The position numbers and the translations under genes are program-made. From positions 1 to 64,000 of the forward strand of contig OZ244744.1 in the NCBI GenBank assembly GCA_965219455.1: a DNA stretch of 64,000 nt, read 5' to 3'. The stretch is from Candidatus Latescibacterota bacterium. GTDB lineage: Bacteria > Latescibacterota > UBA2968 > GCA-2709665. Below are positions 39,875-51,290 of this stretch, in pieces (the stretch's first letter is position 1; each line of letters opens with the position of its first letter). The notes beneath the pieces are model-generated. The model had not been told where the DNA came from, searched no databases, and saw only the letters and a program-made list of their open reading frames with translations.

Positions 39875-41035
39875 ATGGATGACATACGCATCGGCCTCGT
39901 CGGCCTCGGACACCGGGGCTTGCACTGGCTGCGTCTCTTGCAACGTCTCAGCGGTTACCGCATCACCGCCGTATGCGACCCCATCGCCGCGTTACACGAC
40001 CGGGCGCTCGCCGCGGTTGACAATCCGGCCATTGCCTATACGGCGTACGATGACATCCTGGCGGACGGAAACGTGGACGCCATCGCCCTGTGCGTCCGTT
40101 GCAGGGAACAGGGCGCGCTGGCAGCCAGGGCCCTGGAAGCCGGCAAACACGTGAACTCCGAGGTGCCCGCCGCCCACACCATGGAAGACTGCTGGCGGAT
40201 CGTTACCCAGGTAGAACGCACCGGCCTGGTCTACCAGTTGGCCGAGCAGACCCGGTACTGGGGTTTCGTGGAAACCTGGCGAGACCTTGTGGCGCGGGGC
40301 CGGTTGGGCAGGATCACCTTCTGCGAAGGCCAGTATATCGGCTACTACGGCACCCGCCAGTTCTTTCAAGATCCGAACAAGGGCGAATTCTTTACGGTAG
40401 AGCAAATAAGCGAGCACCCCGAGGCCAGACCGACCTGGCTTCACGAAATGCCGCCTATCCACTACCTTCCTCACGAACTCAGTCCGATGCTCAAGGTACT
40501 GGACGACCGGGTGGTGGAGGTAACGGCCATGAGCACCGGCAGGCCCAGTTACTCCCATCCGGAAATCGGCCAGCCCGACATCCAGGTGGCCCTGATGAAA
40601 ACCGAAAAAGATGCGATTTTGAGGATGGCCACGGGATTCACGCAGAAAATTCCAAGCAGGCGGGGCCACCACTGGTACCAGGTGCTCGGTACACGGGGCA
40701 GTGTCGAATGGAAACGTTCACAGAGAGGACGCCCGCTCATGTGGCTGGCCGACGACCAGATGCACGACATGGCCGAGGTCGACTGGCGCTTTGAGCGTAC
40801 CGACGCGCCGCCCGAAGCGGTGTCAAGCGGCCACGGCGATGCCGACTATTACGTGCACGCCACGTTCCGTGATGCCGTCCGCGAGGGGAAGGCGATGGAA
40901 TTCGACGTCTACCGGGCCATCGAGACCGCCGCGCCGGCCATCCTCGCGGCGGATTCCATCAACCGTGGGACCCAGGCCATGAAGGTGCCGGATTTCCGCC
41001 CCACGGACGCCAGGCCCAATGGCGTTATGCCCTAA
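39875..41035 (+). CDS. Gfo/Idh/MocA-family oxidoreductase
   Basis: IGLVGLGHRG, ALEAGKHVNSEVP, GHGDAD; start at MDDIRIG chosen by me. Confidence 0.9.
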   Translation: MDDIRIGLVGLGHRGLHWLRLLQRLSGYRITAVCDPIAALHDRALAAVDNPAIAYTAYDDILADGNVDAIALCVRCREQGALAARALEAGKHVNSEVPAAHTMEDCWRIVTQVERTGLVYQLAEQTRYWGFVETWRDLVARGRLGRITFCEGQYIGYYGTRQFFQDPNKGEFFTVEQISEHPEARPTWLHEMPPIHYLPHELSPMLKVLDDRVVEVTAMSTGRPSYSHPEIGQPDIQVALMKTEKDAILRMATGFTQKIPSRRGHHWYQVLGTRGSVEWKRSQRGRPLMWLADDQMHDMAEVDWRFERTDAPPEAVSSGHGDADYYVHATFRDAVREGKAMEFDVYRAIETAAPAILAADSINRGTQAMKVPDFRPTDARPNGVMP

Positions 41036-41079
41036 CAGCCCGTTGAAAAAGTCCATCCGGGCTGAGAAGGGAACGGATA

Positions 41080-42792
41080 ATGCAGATTGGTATTCTGACA
41101 GACCCGTCCAACCTTTCGGCGTACATTGCCGAGATTTTCAAGACCTGGGGTTTGCCGCTCTTTCGGGCCATTTCCCACGACCGGGTTCCCACCCTGGAAC
41201 CGGCCGATATCCCGGTGCTCGTCTGTCCGGCATATCATGACGAAGCCCCGCTCGTGGACTACGCCCGCCGGGGTGGCACCGTCCTCTGCTTCCTTCCAGG
41301 AAAGACGCTTGCCGGCGCGGCCGGATTGACGGTCCTGGGCGCGAAAAAACCGCCGCTACGTCTGCGCAACACCGCGTATCCCACCGGCGGCCTGGCAGGC
41401 GAACGCGTTCCCGTCGTGGGGGACGTCCAGGCGTGGGAACACTCGGAGACCGCGAAACCGCTGGCCTTTCTGTCCCACCCGGGGCGCTATGAAGGCGAAA
41501 CCGTGGGCATTTCGGAAACCCGCCTCGAAGGTGGGAGAATCGTTGCCTTCGCCTTTGACCTGCCCCGCTGCGTCCTGGTGCTTCGCCAGGGCGACCCCGA
41601 CCTTGCCGAAAGCATCCCCGACGGCGACGGCTGCGCCCGGCCATCGCACATGGCCGCCCGCGTGGGCCCGCACGACGCCGGCTGGATCCCTCACGCCGAC
41701 TTGCTCTCCCGGCTGTTGGTGGACCTGGCCCGCCGTTACCTGCCCGCGCCGACGCCCTTTCTGTCCCACCTGCCCCACACCGCCCGGGGCATCCTGCTCT
41801 ACTCCGGAGACGAGGATTATGCCGACGTGGCGTCGAACGAGGATGAGTTCGACGGCGTCGCCGGCGCGGGCGGACGCATGAGTCTGTACATCATCCCCAC
41901 CCACACCAGATCCACGGCCGACGACGTGGCGAGATATGCCGAAACCCATGATATCGGACCGCACCCGAACCTTCGACCGCTGGATGGCCGTCCGGTACAG
42001 GAACGCGTCGCCGAATTTGAACGTCAGATCCGCCTGTTCGAAGAGATGTTCCGAATTCCCGCACGTACCTTGCGCAATCACTGCACCGCGTGGGCCGGCT
42101 ACCTGGATCTCGTGGATATCATGGAAAAACTGGGTGTGCTGATGGACGGCAACTACTTTTCGGGAACTTATATGAGGGACAGGGAGGGCGCGCCCTACGC
42201 TTCGTTCGGCGCGGCGCTTCCCATGCGCTTCTGCCACCCGGATGGCCGCCTTGTCAACGTCTACCAGCAGCACACCCACGCCATCGACGACGGCATGTTC
42301 GGCCCGCAGGATTACTCCTACAAGCTGTCACCACCAGTATTCTCGGTTATGCTCGAACGCATCTTCACCGATATTGCGACCCGATTCCACACGCCCTACG
42401 GCGTCTGTATCCACCCGGGAAACTGGGTGAAATTTTCGGAAGCACAGGGCAGGGAACTGCTCCGTCAGGCAAACGAAAAAGGCCTGCCAATCTGGTCCTT
42501 CGACCAGTGGGCGGCCTTCTGGAGTGCACGCGATACGTGGTTTTTCACCGACCTGGACTGGAACGGTTCAGTTCTGAGCTTCAACCTTCAAGGCCATTCG
42601 CCTCACCCCGATCTCCGCATCCTGATTCCACAACAATTCGCCGGCGCGCCAATCAATGAGATCCTCGTGGATGGCAACGCGGCGCGTCCGGATGTGGATG
42701 TCCGATACCGTGAAAATGTCAGCCTCGTGTCCATTCCCGGGGACCGGACGGACATTTCGATCCAGGCCATATACCCCCCGAATCCGAACTGA
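41080..42792 (+). CDS. Hypothetical protein with polysaccharide-deacetylase-like domain
   Basis: SGDED, IGPHP, TLRNH, IHP motifs resemble a CE4/NodB-like barrel; N-terminal GATase-like region. Confidence 0.65.
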   Translation: MQIGILTDPSNLSAYIAEIFKTWGLPLFRAISHDRVPTLEPADIPVLVCPAYHDEAPLVDYARRGGTVLCFLPGKTLAGAAGLTVLGAKKPPLRLRNTAYPTGGLAGERVPVVGDVQAWEHSETAKPLAFLSHPGRYEGETVGISETRLEGGRIVAFAFDLPRCVLVLRQGDPDLAESIPDGDGCARPSHMAARVGPHDAGWIPHADLLSRLLVDLARRYLPAPTPFLSHLPHTARGILLYSGDEDYADVASNEDEFDGVAGAGGRMSLYIIPTHTRSTADDVARYAETHDIGPHPNLRPLDGRPVQERVAEFERQIRLFEEMFRIPARTLRNHCTAWAGYLDLVDIMEKLGVLMDGNYFSGTYMRDREGAPYASFGAALPMRFCHPDGRLVNVYQQHTHAIDDGMFGPQDYSYKLSPPVFSVMLERIFTDIATRFHTPYGVCIHPGNWVKFSEAQGRELLRQANEKGLPIWSFDQWAAFWSARDTWFFTDLDWNGSVLSFNLQGHSPHPDLRILIPQQFAGAPINEILVDGNAARPDVDVRYRENVSLVSIPGDRTDISIQAIYPPNPN

Positions 42793-42799
42793 GCACACC

Positions 42800-43615
42800 G
42801 TGTCGAAACGACCCCTCAGAATCATCGTCTTCGGGGCGCATCCCGACGACTGCGATATCAAAGCCGGCGGACTTGCAATCAACTACGCGGCTCTCGGCCA
42901 CGAGGTGCGTTTCGTTTCCGTGACAAACGGAGACGCCGGCCATCATGAGATAGGGGGCATCGCGCTCGCGCGCAAACGACGTGCGGAAGCCGAAGCCGCG
43001 GGCGCAGTGGCCGGTATCGAATATCACGTGATGGACAACCACGACGGAGAGCTGGAGCCCACGCTGGAGAATCGCAAAAACGTCATCCGTATGATCCGCT
43101 CCTACACGCCGGACCTTATCCTCACCCATCGGCCCAACGACTACCATCCGGACCATCGGTACACGGCCATCCTCGTGCAGGACGCCGCCTACATGGTCAC
43201 GGTCCCCAACGTCTGTACGGACGTGCCCGCGCTATCTTACAACCCCGTGATCGCCTATATGAGCGATAACTTCACGTCTCCCGCGCCCTTTGCGCCCGAA
43301 GTGGCAATCGACATCGACGCCGTCGTCGATAAGAAACTAGACATGCTGCATTGCCACACCTCCCAGATGTACGAGTGGCTGCCCTACAATGCCGGCATAC
43401 TCGACGAAGTACCGGAATCATCCCGCGAACGCAGAATGTGGCTGGAACACAGGCTGGAGCAGTTCAAGGCCGTTGCAAACCGCCACCGCGGCCTTCTCGT
43501 GAAACGCTATGGCGAAAGCCGTGGACGCAGCATCCGCTATGCGGAGGCCTTTCAGGTCTGCGAATACGGCGCTGCCCTCACCCCGGAGAATATCCCCGTC
43601 TTATTCCCCCTTTGA
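42800..43615 (+). CDS. PIG-L-family deacetylase
   Basis: GAHPDDCD, VTNGDAG, RRAEA, DYHPDH, HTSQ, YAEAF. Confidence 0.92.
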   Translation: MSKRPLRIIVFGAHPDDCDIKAGGLAINYAALGHEVRFVSVTNGDAGHHEIGGIALARKRRAEAEAAGAVAGIEYHVMDNHDGELEPTLENRKNVIRMIRSYTPDLILTHRPNDYHPDHRYTAILVQDAAYMVTVPNVCTDVPALSYNPVIAYMSDNFTSPAPFAPEVAIDIDAVVDKKLDMLHCHTSQMYEWLPYNAGILDEVPESSRERRMWLEHRLEQFKAVANRHRGLLVKRYGESRGRSIRYAEAFQVCEYGAALTPENIPVLFPL

Positions 43616-43656
43616 CAGGGAAACATTGTCTGGTTGCCTGTCAATACAAAGGGTAC

Positions 43657-44841
43657 TAGTGTTTTGTCCCTAAAGTAACTTGACTATTTATTGAGCCTGT
43701 CCTATGTTCTCTCTACACGCTTCTTACACCCATCGGGAAAGGAGAGAACCATGGGACGCGGTCGTCCTCGGAAGCCCATTGTGTTGTCTGGCCAGGTCCG
43801 TGAGGAACTCAACTCACTTTCAACCTCTCGTACGTTGTCGCATGGTCTCGTGCGACGTGCCAAGATCGTCTTGATGAGCGTCGAAGGTCTCAGTAACCGG
43901 GTGATTGCCCAAAAAGTCGGGCTGAGCCAGCAGAGCGTCATCACCTGGCGTAACCGCTTTCTCCAGCAAGGATTAATGGGTCTGTATGATGAACGCCGTT
44001 CGGGCAGACCACGCACGGTTGAGGCCGAAGACATCACCGCACTGATCCGCAAGACGCTGACCACAAAACCCGAAGACGGCAGCACCCATTGGACGTGTCG
44101 TTCCATCGCTGCCGAAACGAAGATATCCAAATCCGAGGTGCAACGTATCTGGTCCACATTGGGGATTGCGCCACACCGTCAGAAGCACTTCAAGCTATCT
44201 AACGATCCCTTCTTCACAGAAAAAGTCCACGACATCGTCGGTCTGTATCTGGACCCACCGGATTCTGCGATAGTGCTTTGTGTCGACGAGAAAAGCCAGA
44301 CGCAGGCGTTGGAGCGTACCCAGCCGCTTTTGCCGATGGGGCTGGGATATGTGGAGGGCGTGACGCACGATTACCGCCGCCACGGCACCACGACGTTGTT
44401 CGCTGCCCTGGACATTGCCTCGGGCGAGGTGTTGACGCAATGCAAGCGCAGGCACCGCCACCAGGAGTTTTTGCAGTTTCTCAACCACATCGACCAAAAC
44501 GTCCCTGATGATCTCGATGTGCATTTGATCGTCGACAACTATTGTACGCACAAACACACCAAAGTGAAACGATGGCTTTCACAAAGACCCAGATACCACG
44601 TTCACTTTACACCGACCTACGCATCCTGGCTCAACCAGGTCGAGATCTGGTTCAATATCATCACTCAGAAGGCCATCAGGCGCGGCTCCTTCAGATCTGT
44701 CAATGAACTTATCGACAGAATACAAACCTTCACCGACAACTACAACGACACGTCGAAGCCTTTCGTCTGGACCGCCACCGCACAATCGATCATCCAAAAA
44801 GTCGAACGATTTTGTAAAGCTATTTCTGGGACGGGACACTA
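43657..44841 (+). mobile_element. IS630-family insertion sequence
   Basis: Imperfect terminal IRs (TAGTGTTTTGTCCC.. / ..GGGACGGGACACTA) with TA at both ends, enclosing a single transposase. Confidence 0.92.
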
Positions 44842-44842
44842 G
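43751..44842 (+). CDS. IS630-family transposase
   Basis: [42 protein letters not shown] motifs. Confidence 0.96.
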   Translation: MGRGRPRKPIVLSGQVREELNSLSTSRTLSHGLVRRAKIVLMSVEGLSNRVIAQKVGLSQQSVITWRNRFLQQGLMGLYDERRSGRPRTVEAEDITALIRKTLTTKPEDGSTHWTCRSIAAETKISKSEVQRIWSTLGIAPHRQKHFKLSNDPFFTEKVHDIVGLYLDPPDSAIVLCVDEKSQTQALERTQPLLPMGLGYVEGVTHDYRRHGTTTLFAALDIASGEVLTQCKRRHRHQEFLQFLNHIDQNVPDDLDVHLIVDNYCTHKHTKVKRWLSQRPRYHVHFTPTYASWLNQVEIWFNIITQKAIRRGSFRSVNELIDRIQTFTDNYNDTSKPFVWTATAQSIIQKVERFCKAISGTGH

Positions 44843-46551
44843 AACGCATTCACCATACGTACGTGCACCTTTCCCCGACCCGGATTGTCGGTTCTTGTCA
44901 AACCGTAATCCAGTCCGATGGTCCCCAGCCGGGATACGGTACGCATCCCCAGACCGAAGCCAACCGGGAAGAGCAACCCGTTCTTTTTACCCATGGCGGC
45001 ATCCCCGAGAACACCGGCATCGACGAACAGAAACGCCCGTGATCGACGCGCCAGTATAAGCCGCCACTCCAGATTCATCCAGATTGCCCGATTCACCAGA
45101 AACGCCTCCTCGCGGTAACCTCGAATTGACGTCGCTCCCCCCAATCGCAAGGGCCCGTCCGGAAGCGCGACCCCGTTTTCCGCCACTCCTGCGCCGTGCA
45201 GGGACCCGGCGAGCGCCGTACGGCGTCCCAGCGCCAGAAATCGATGCAGATCCATCACAACTCGAAACCTGTGGCCGGTGCCTCCGTCCTGTGTGACGCG
45301 GCTCCAGACCAGTCCGACACGATACAATGAACCCGACATCGGATTCCACCGATTGTCACGACGGTCGAATTCAAGCGCACCATCCAGAGACCATATTCGA
45401 CCCTTCACAAAACCGCTCGCCCCGCTTGAATCCGGCCGAACGCCGCCTTTGGAAACGCCGACACGAACGTCAGCGCCCCTGACCGTGGACAGACTGACTC
45501 CGAGACCCAGGCGGTTTTCGGCAAACCCGGGCCGTTGCCGCATCAGAAGCGTCGCCTCAAGACCCAATGGCCGCCTCAAAATCCACGGTTCAACATAGAG
45601 CAGATCCAGATCGGACGCCGCGTTCCCCCTGCGCGACCAGGAGGCGTCCGCGCGCCGTCCGGTTCCCAGCAGATTGTTGAAAGCGATGGCAAACGATCCG
45701 GTCAGGCCTCTCGCACCATCTCCCGACGCCGGCGCGACGCCCACGATGCCTTCGGCCCGGCCCGGCGGCGCCTCGTAGACGGAAACCACCAGTGCCGTGC
45801 GTCCGTCAGGCCCGGTCTTCAACACCGCGTCATCCACATCCAGCAGAAACGGGAGACGCCTGAGCGCAAGCAGCGCCCGGTCCACCCGGCGCTGATCGTA
45901 GGGGTCGCCCTGCGATATCCGCATCTCGCGCCGCAGCGTCTCGACACGCGTGATCCGGTTGCCCACGAAGCGAATCGTATCCACCCGCACCAGGGGGCCC
46001 TCATCGACCTCGATCCGAAACCTCGCGGTGTCGCTTCCGGGCGACACGCTCACCTCGGGCGCCAGGGTACAATAAGGGTACCCGCGGTTTTCGTAAAACC
46101 GAACCAGCGCCTCCAGATCCATCTCAAGGGTTTTCCTGATCAGCGGCGCCCCTCCGCGTGAGAACATCGCGTTCATCAGGGAGTCCGATGCCGCGTGTTC
46201 GTTTCCTGAAATTTCAACCGTGTCGATGAGCGTCCGCCTCCCCTCCTCGATTCGAAAACGCACGCGCCCCCGATTCACCTCCACCTCTGGAAACGCAACG
46301 GAAACCTGCCAGTATCCCTCGTCTCGATATCCATCCAGAATTCGCACCATGTCCTTCTGAAGAAGCAGGCTGTCCACCGGCAGACCGGTGCGCGTTATCA
46401 GCCAGCTTCGAACACGATCTTCGGATATCCGGCGCGCTCCGTCTACCCGCACTTTTCGCACGAGAACACGATCGGCCGCTGGCGCTTCCACCGATACACC
46501 CGCCAGAAGGTGAATAACGAGGCAATAGAGCCATACACGTCCATTCCCCAT
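44839..46551 (-). CDS. BamA/TamA (Omp85)-family outer-membrane protein with POTRA domains
   Basis: Signal peptide; POTRA YRDEGY / YENRGYP, GNRITR; IRGYRE loop-6 motif; C-terminal Phe. Start at MGNGRVW chosen by me. Confidence 0.88.
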   Translation of the reverse strand: MGNGRVWLYCLVIHLLAGVSVEAPAADRVLVRKVRVDGARRISEDRVRSWLITRTGLPVDSLLLQKDMVRILDGYRDEGYWQVSVAFPEVEVNRGRVRFRIEEGRRTLIDTVEISGNEHAASDSLMNAMFSRGGAPLIRKTLEMDLEALVRFYENRGYPYCTLAPEVSVSPGSDTARFRIEVDEGPLVRVDTIRFVGNRITRVETLRREMRISQGDPYDQRRVDRALLALRRLPFLLDVDDAVLKTGPDGRTALVVSVYEAPPGRAEGIVGVAPASGDGARGLTGSFAIAFNNLLGTGRRADASWSRRGNAASDLDLLYVEPWILRRPLGLEATLLMRQRPGFAENRLGLGVSLSTVRGADVRVGVSKGGVRPDSSGASGFVKGRIWSLDGALEFDRRDNRWNPMSGSLYRVGLVWSRVTQDGGTGHRFRVVMDLHRFLALGRRTALAGSLHGAGVAENGVALPDGPLRLGGATSIRGYREEAFLVNRAIWMNLEWRLILARRSRAFLFVDAGVLGDAAMGKKNGLLFPVGFGLGMRTVSRLGTIGLDYGLTRTDNPGRGKVHVRMVNAF

Positions 46552-46819
46552 GATGGGGAGCGGCCGTGTCGAAGTCGACCCTGAGCATCGGCCTGTTACC
46601 CTGAACAAGCGTCCGCGGGTGATTTGACGTCCATACCGGAACACGCCGCGCCTTTCAGAAGCTGTCTTAAAACCCCCAGCGGTCTTCGCGCGGCTGCAAA
46701 AGCATCGGTCGTCGTTGGTCGAACCCACCCGTATCTTCAGATATTGGAGGATCCGCCCGCCTGGACCGACACCTTTTCGCTCGCGCTCGGGAACTCACCG
46801 GGAATTTCAAGACAGCCTT

Positions 46820-49800
46820 TCAAAATAAAGCCCGCATCTCCATACGCCCCAGATGCAGGACCGGTTTGCCGGAACGTTTACGTCCGTCGTACAAGATCAT
46901 CGCCGTCAGATACCGACCCAGCCGGTAGTCCACACCCAGACGCCAGCCCATGTTGTTTCCCGCTCGGTTTCCATCTGCCATTCCAAGGAACAGCGGCAGG
47001 GATCCCGATGCGAAAACACGGGTCCAATCCCCTGATGTTCGCAACCGCCCCCGGCCCGGCAGCGTGCGTCGAATTTCCGGGCGAACGGACACAAAACGGG
47101 CAAGCAGCGCCCTGTTTTCCTCCCTGTCCCGGCCAAACGCCAGTTCCAACCGCGTCTGCCATGCCCGTGGCGTGTGCCGATACCCGCTCGTGGATAACCT
47201 TCGGGACCGAATCCGATAAAAAAACGGCCCGTCGCCGGGTCGGTCACGTTGTTCGCCGTGCATTTCCAGTTCAACAGACGACGCCCGCCCGAAGGAAAAA
47301 CGTCCCTGCGCGGACACCTGCGACGTCGTCTCCAGCCCTCCGTCGGTAAATGTCCGGTCCATGCGGGAGCCCCGGCGAGCGGAAAGACGGAACGTTGCCG
47401 GACGCCGGTATCGAAACAGGTAAAGCCGCGTTCGCAACTCGCGCCGTCCGTGGAGAATCCCCTCGCCGGAACCAAATCCATACATGTCCCAGGGCGCCAC
47501 GCCGGTCTGGCCCGGCGGTACCTGCCGGTCGGCCTCCAGCGAGATATCCAGCGACACGCCGGCCAGCATACGCAGCCACCTACCCGCGGGAGATCGCAGC
47601 AACCGCTTCAGCACGAACTCCGTACGGGCAGCAAGAGCCCCGTCACGCACCGGGCGGAATCCGACGGCTGGACTGAAATAACGCACGTACTCGCCATCCA
47701 CGTCTGCCACGAACTCCTCGGGATCCCGGAGCCCGTCGCCATCCACGTCCTCCCAGACATGCGTACCTCGACCCGGCCCGAGGGCGACATACACCGGCTG
47801 TCTGTCTGGCGCCCCGGTGCTGGAAATCCGATAGGAAAATCTGTGAGAAACCGCGCCGTTGAAAGCGGCGTACCCCCATCTTATCCTGGCCAGGTCCGTC
47901 AATCGTCCCTTTGCCGGATACAGGGGGGATTTCGTTCTGCTCCTGCTATACTCCCCTGAAAACGACAGCCCGCGCCAGCCGGACATGGAGGCGCGGTGCG
48001 TTGTCGACCATGCCCGCACGCTATCTCGCCAGGCGCGCTCCAGCAGGTGTATCCGCCGAATCGATATTTCCGACGTCCACGCCAGCGCATCCAACACGCG
48101 TGTGGATAGATCCACGGCGCCCGCCCGGATGCGTATTCCACGGTGCGCGGGATCGACTAACGATGCGTAGAATAGAGACGAATGGGAAACAGACGACCCC
48201 GTCGCCGTTTCCGACTCAAAACGGAATCCCGGCGTGACCCCTCGCATCTGAGCCCTTATACGACCCCGATGCCTTGCGAACAACCCTGAGCCGTGGGACA
48301 CTTCGTCGAACCGATAGGACACCTGCGGGACCCGTGAGTCGGAAATCTGCAGGCCGACGTCGCGCCGGATTGCCGTTTCTTTTCCGTGACGCCGTCCGTA
48401 ACCGGCATCGAACCGGATGCCGGGCCTGAGGGCGTATTGCAACGCGACTTCGCCCATGCGGTCTCCCGACTCCGTCGCGTCGGCCCGCCAGCCCCACCGC
48501 CCCTCATGCGTTACTCGCACGATGCGTTCAATCCCCCTGAACCCGGCGCCGACCTGGCGGTATGCACCCGTTACTCGAAGCCGCCCGAGAGCGTAACCGC
48601 CCAATCGCATCGGGTCCGGCCACAGGTCCAATCCGAGCCTGAAAGCCCGCCCTCGTCTTTGCTTACGGGCGTCCGCCTCCGAGGGCAACGCGCTCATCGC
48701 AAGTTCGCCGTCCAGCCGCACGCCCCCAATAGGCTCATATGCGGCATCCAGTACGGCCAGTTGCCGCTGCAACGGTCGAAAGGGTGGTGCAGAAACGCCG
48801 ACGCCCAGGATCCCGCCATCCCGGTCCGCCTCGCGGATAAACGTGCCCCCGACCTTCAGCCGGTCGTCCGAGAGCGCCAGCGTGCCACGCGCACCCATCA
48901 GGCGTCGGCGGGCACCGGGCGCCTCGAACTGGTACTCCACTGTAATGCGGCTCTGTCCGTAGATCGGCGTGACGGGGGTAAATGTAATCACGGACAACTC
49001 ATAGTCCACGACGTAGTCCTGGCCCTCGCCCCGGCGCAGCAGACGTCCGTCCTGATAGACCCGTTCCGAACCCGCGACAATTCGCCCTCCCCGAGCCGCG
49101 GCATCACCGGGCAATCGGTATGGACCCTGGTAACCCTCGATGGGAAGAATGCGGTGGCTGATCCAACGTCCATCCGCAACGGCACCGAAGACCCTGACGT
49201 CTGCGCCGGAAGACGAGAACGCGAGATGCGCGCCGTGGAGCCTCCGGCGATACCTCCCGAACGTGGTGCCGTCAAACGCGACGTCCAGATCGCCAAGTGA
49301 AGCCGAAACCTTCCGGGAACGAACCTGAAACATCACGCGATCCAGCTCCTGCAGGTTACGGGTGCTGCCTTCGAGTCCCAGCGGGAGGTTCCGATCGGAC
49401 AGCATCGCGGCCACCTCGACGCCGTCCGCCATCTGTCCTGTAATATGCACGTGAAGCGCCTGGCTGAGTTCGAGATCACGATTACCACCCACGGTGACCT
49501 GAATGCGCTTGGCACCCCCCACGTCGAGACGTGACGGGGCGTCGTCGTACGCTTCAGGCGTATCCGCCGTCGCGCGACGCCTTCGGCGTTGGGCCGGGGG
49601 TGGCCGTATCGGCGCCCCCTGGGGGTTTCGTTCACGGCGTCTATAGACCTGAGCCAGAACCTGAGGCAACTGCCGAAACCGCACGAGAACCTCGGCGCCG
49701 CGGGGGCGTTCCTGCGCCAGCAACAGCAACCCGTCGGCGTCGTCCAGTTCGTAGTCCAGGTCCCTGACGAGCAGACTGTCGCCCACCCAGACGCTTTCGC

Positions 49801-50023
49801 TGCCCTTCAGAACGGGCCGGTCCGTAATTCGGTAAGGACCCCGGCTGCCGTCCGTCCTGAAGGACCGCTCCAGATCGAAGACGGTCAACTGTTCAGGCGG
49901 CGGCGCCGCGCCCACCGTGGTGCAGAAGCCGGCGCAGATCACGAAGACCTGCCGTATGAGATTGCGCTTGAACATATAAAAACGGAGTCGGTAGTCAGAG
50001 AAACCGGGTACCGCCTCGGTCAT
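46820..50023 (-). CDS. Large predicted outer-membrane beta-barrel protein of unknown function
   Basis: Signal-like N-terminus, LSDRNLP..EGSTRNLQELD, QGPYRL, GSERVYQDG..LRRG..DYVVDY; amphipathic strands; ends MRALF. Confidence 0.75.
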   Translation of the reverse strand: MTEAVPGFSDYRLRFYMFKRNLIRQVFVICAGFCTTVGAAPPPEQLTVFDLERSFRTDGSRGPYRITDRPVLKGSESVWVGDSLLVRDLDYELDDADGLLLLAQERPRGAEVLVRFRQLPQVLAQVYRRRERNPQGAPIRPPPAQRRRRRATADTPEAYDDAPSRLDVGGAKRIQVTVGGNRDLELSQALHVHITGQMADGVEVAAMLSDRNLPLGLEGSTRNLQELDRVMFQVRSRKVSASLGDLDVAFDGTTFGRYRRRLHGAHLAFSSSGADVRVFGAVADGRWISHRILPIEGYQGPYRLPGDAAARGGRIVAGSERVYQDGRLLRRGEGQDYVVDYELSVITFTPVTPIYGQSRITVEYQFEAPGARRRLMGARGTLALSDDRLKVGGTFIREADRDGGILGVGVSAPPFRPLQRQLAVLDAAYEPIGGVRLDGELAMSALPSEADARKQRRGRAFRLGLDLWPDPMRLGGYALGRLRVTGAYRQVGAGFRGIERIVRVTHEGRWGWRADATESGDRMGEVALQYALRPGIRFDAGYGRRHGKETAIRRDVGLQISDSRVPQVSYRFDEVSHGSGLFARHRGRIRAQMRGVTPGFRFESETATGSSVSHSSLFYASLVDPAHRGIRIRAGAVDLSTRVLDALAWTSEISIRRIHLLERAWRDSVRAWSTTHRASMSGWRGLSFSGEYSRSRTKSPLYPAKGRLTDLARIRWGYAAFNGAVSHRFSYRISSTGAPDRQPVYVALGPGRGTHVWEDVDGDGLRDPEEFVADVDGEYVRYFSPAVGFRPVRDGALAARTEFVLKRLLRSPAGRWLRMLAGVSLDISLEADRQVPPGQTGVAPWDMYGFGSGEGILHGRRELRTRLYLFRYRRPATFRLSARRGSRMDRTFTDGGLETTSQVSAQGRFSFGRASSVELEMHGEQRDRPGDGPFFYRIRSRRLSTSGYRHTPRAWQTRLELAFGRDREENRALLARFVSVRPEIRRTLPGRGRLRTSGDWTRVFASGSLPLFLGMADGNRAGNNMGWRLGVDYRLGRYLTAMILYDGRKRSGKPVLHLGRMEMRALF

Positions 50024-50086
50024 CCAAGACCCCGCGGACCGCCCCGCCTGACTCCCGACCCCTGGAATTGACGCGGGGACCGTGCT

Positions 50087-51043
50087 CTACCTCCTGCTGA
50101 TCATCAGTTCGAACTTCTGAATACGATGGTTGCCTCCGTCCAGCACATAGAGGATATTGCCCGGGCCGATGACAACGTCATTCGGCGCCTTGAACGCGCC
50201 CGGCCGATGTCCCGCGTCGGGGCCGCCGATCAGCGCGGCCACGTCCCCGGTCCGCAGATCCAGGACCACGACGCGGTTATTCCCTGTGTCCGCAACAAAC
50301 AGCACATCGTCCGGCCCCGTACACACGCCGGCCGGTTCGGAGAGCGACCCTTCCGCCAGGCTCTTCTTGAAACTACCGTATCGGTCAAATACCGCGACCC
50401 GATCGTTTTCGCTGTCACAGACATAGACTTCATCCTTGTGTCCAATGGCGAGTCCCAAAGGACGCCGGATCCGGCCGGCGCCGTATCCGTACCCCCCGAA
50501 TTGGTTTTCCAGCGGGCTGTAGTTGCTGATTTGAACCACCTGGTCGGCGTCCGTATCGGACACATAGAGCTCGCCGCCTTCGGAAACAGCGATCCCGCCA
50601 AGGTTCCCCAGCCGAACCGGGCCCTCAACGTCCCGTCCGCCAACCACGCCCAACAGGCGGAAGTGCGGGCTGAAGATCTGAATACGGTTGTTTCTCCCGT
50701 CCGCGACGTATACCTCGAGCCCGCCCTTCCCTACCGCGACCCCAGCCGGCTGACTGAATTGACCTGGGTCCCAGCCAAACGTGCCCACCTCCGACAGATA
50801 CGCCCCCCCGGCATCGAATTTCTGGATGCGGTCGTTGCCCGTATCGGCCACGTAGAGATTGCCGAACGTATCGAGGGCGATGGCGGACGGTTCGTGAAAG
50901 TGCCCCACCCCGCCTCCCTTCTGTCCGAAAGCGGATGCGAACCGGAAAGCCACCGTAAGTTTCGGCGACGGCTTCTCCTGCCCGGAAACCCCTGCCGTGG
51001 CAATCACAATAGAGATACAGAAAACACAAACCCGCAATCGCAT
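50087..51043 (-). CDS. Secreted NHL-repeat beta-propeller protein
   Basis: Signal peptide; six P.GIA..G.LYVAD.GN.RIQ.F repeats. Confidence 0.9.
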   Translation of the reverse strand: MRLRVCVFCISIVIATAGVSGQEKPSPKLTVAFRFASAFGQKGGGVGHFHEPSAIALDTFGNLYVADTGNDRIQKFDAGGAYLSEVGTFGWDPGQFSQPAGVAVGKGGLEVYVADGRNNRIQIFSPHFRLLGVVGGRDVEGPVRLGNLGGIAVSEGGELYVSDTDADQVVQISNYSPLENQFGGYGYGAGRIRRPLGLAIGHKDEVYVCDSENDRVAVFDRYGSFKKSLAEGSLSEPAGVCTGPDDVLFVADTGNNRVVVLDLRTGDVAALIGGPDAGHRPGAFKAPNDVVIGPGNILYVLDGGNHRIQKFELMISRR

Positions 51044-51107
51044 CTCAAACCTTCCAATCACTAACGCATGCAGCAAGCCGGCAGCGCTCTGCACTCGCAA
51101 GGCGCCT

Positions 51108-51190
51108 GAGCCCTGAGCCGCTCCCTGAGCTTGTCGAAGGGTAACGAAACACGGGCATTTCAACGAGCGCGTTTCGACAAGCTCAACGGA
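51108..51190. repeat. REP-like element (CCCTGAGCTTGTCGAAGGG / TTCGACAAGCTCA family)
   Basis: Related copies at ~53802..53846 and ~60643..60667. Confidence 0.7.
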
Positions 51191-51290
51191 CATAAACGCA
51201 GCGAGACGGGATGAACCGGCGCCTGCCTGTGCGTGCTGCCTCACGCACGCAGACAGGGGTGAATGACGTCATATTTCCGGGGACGGGACA

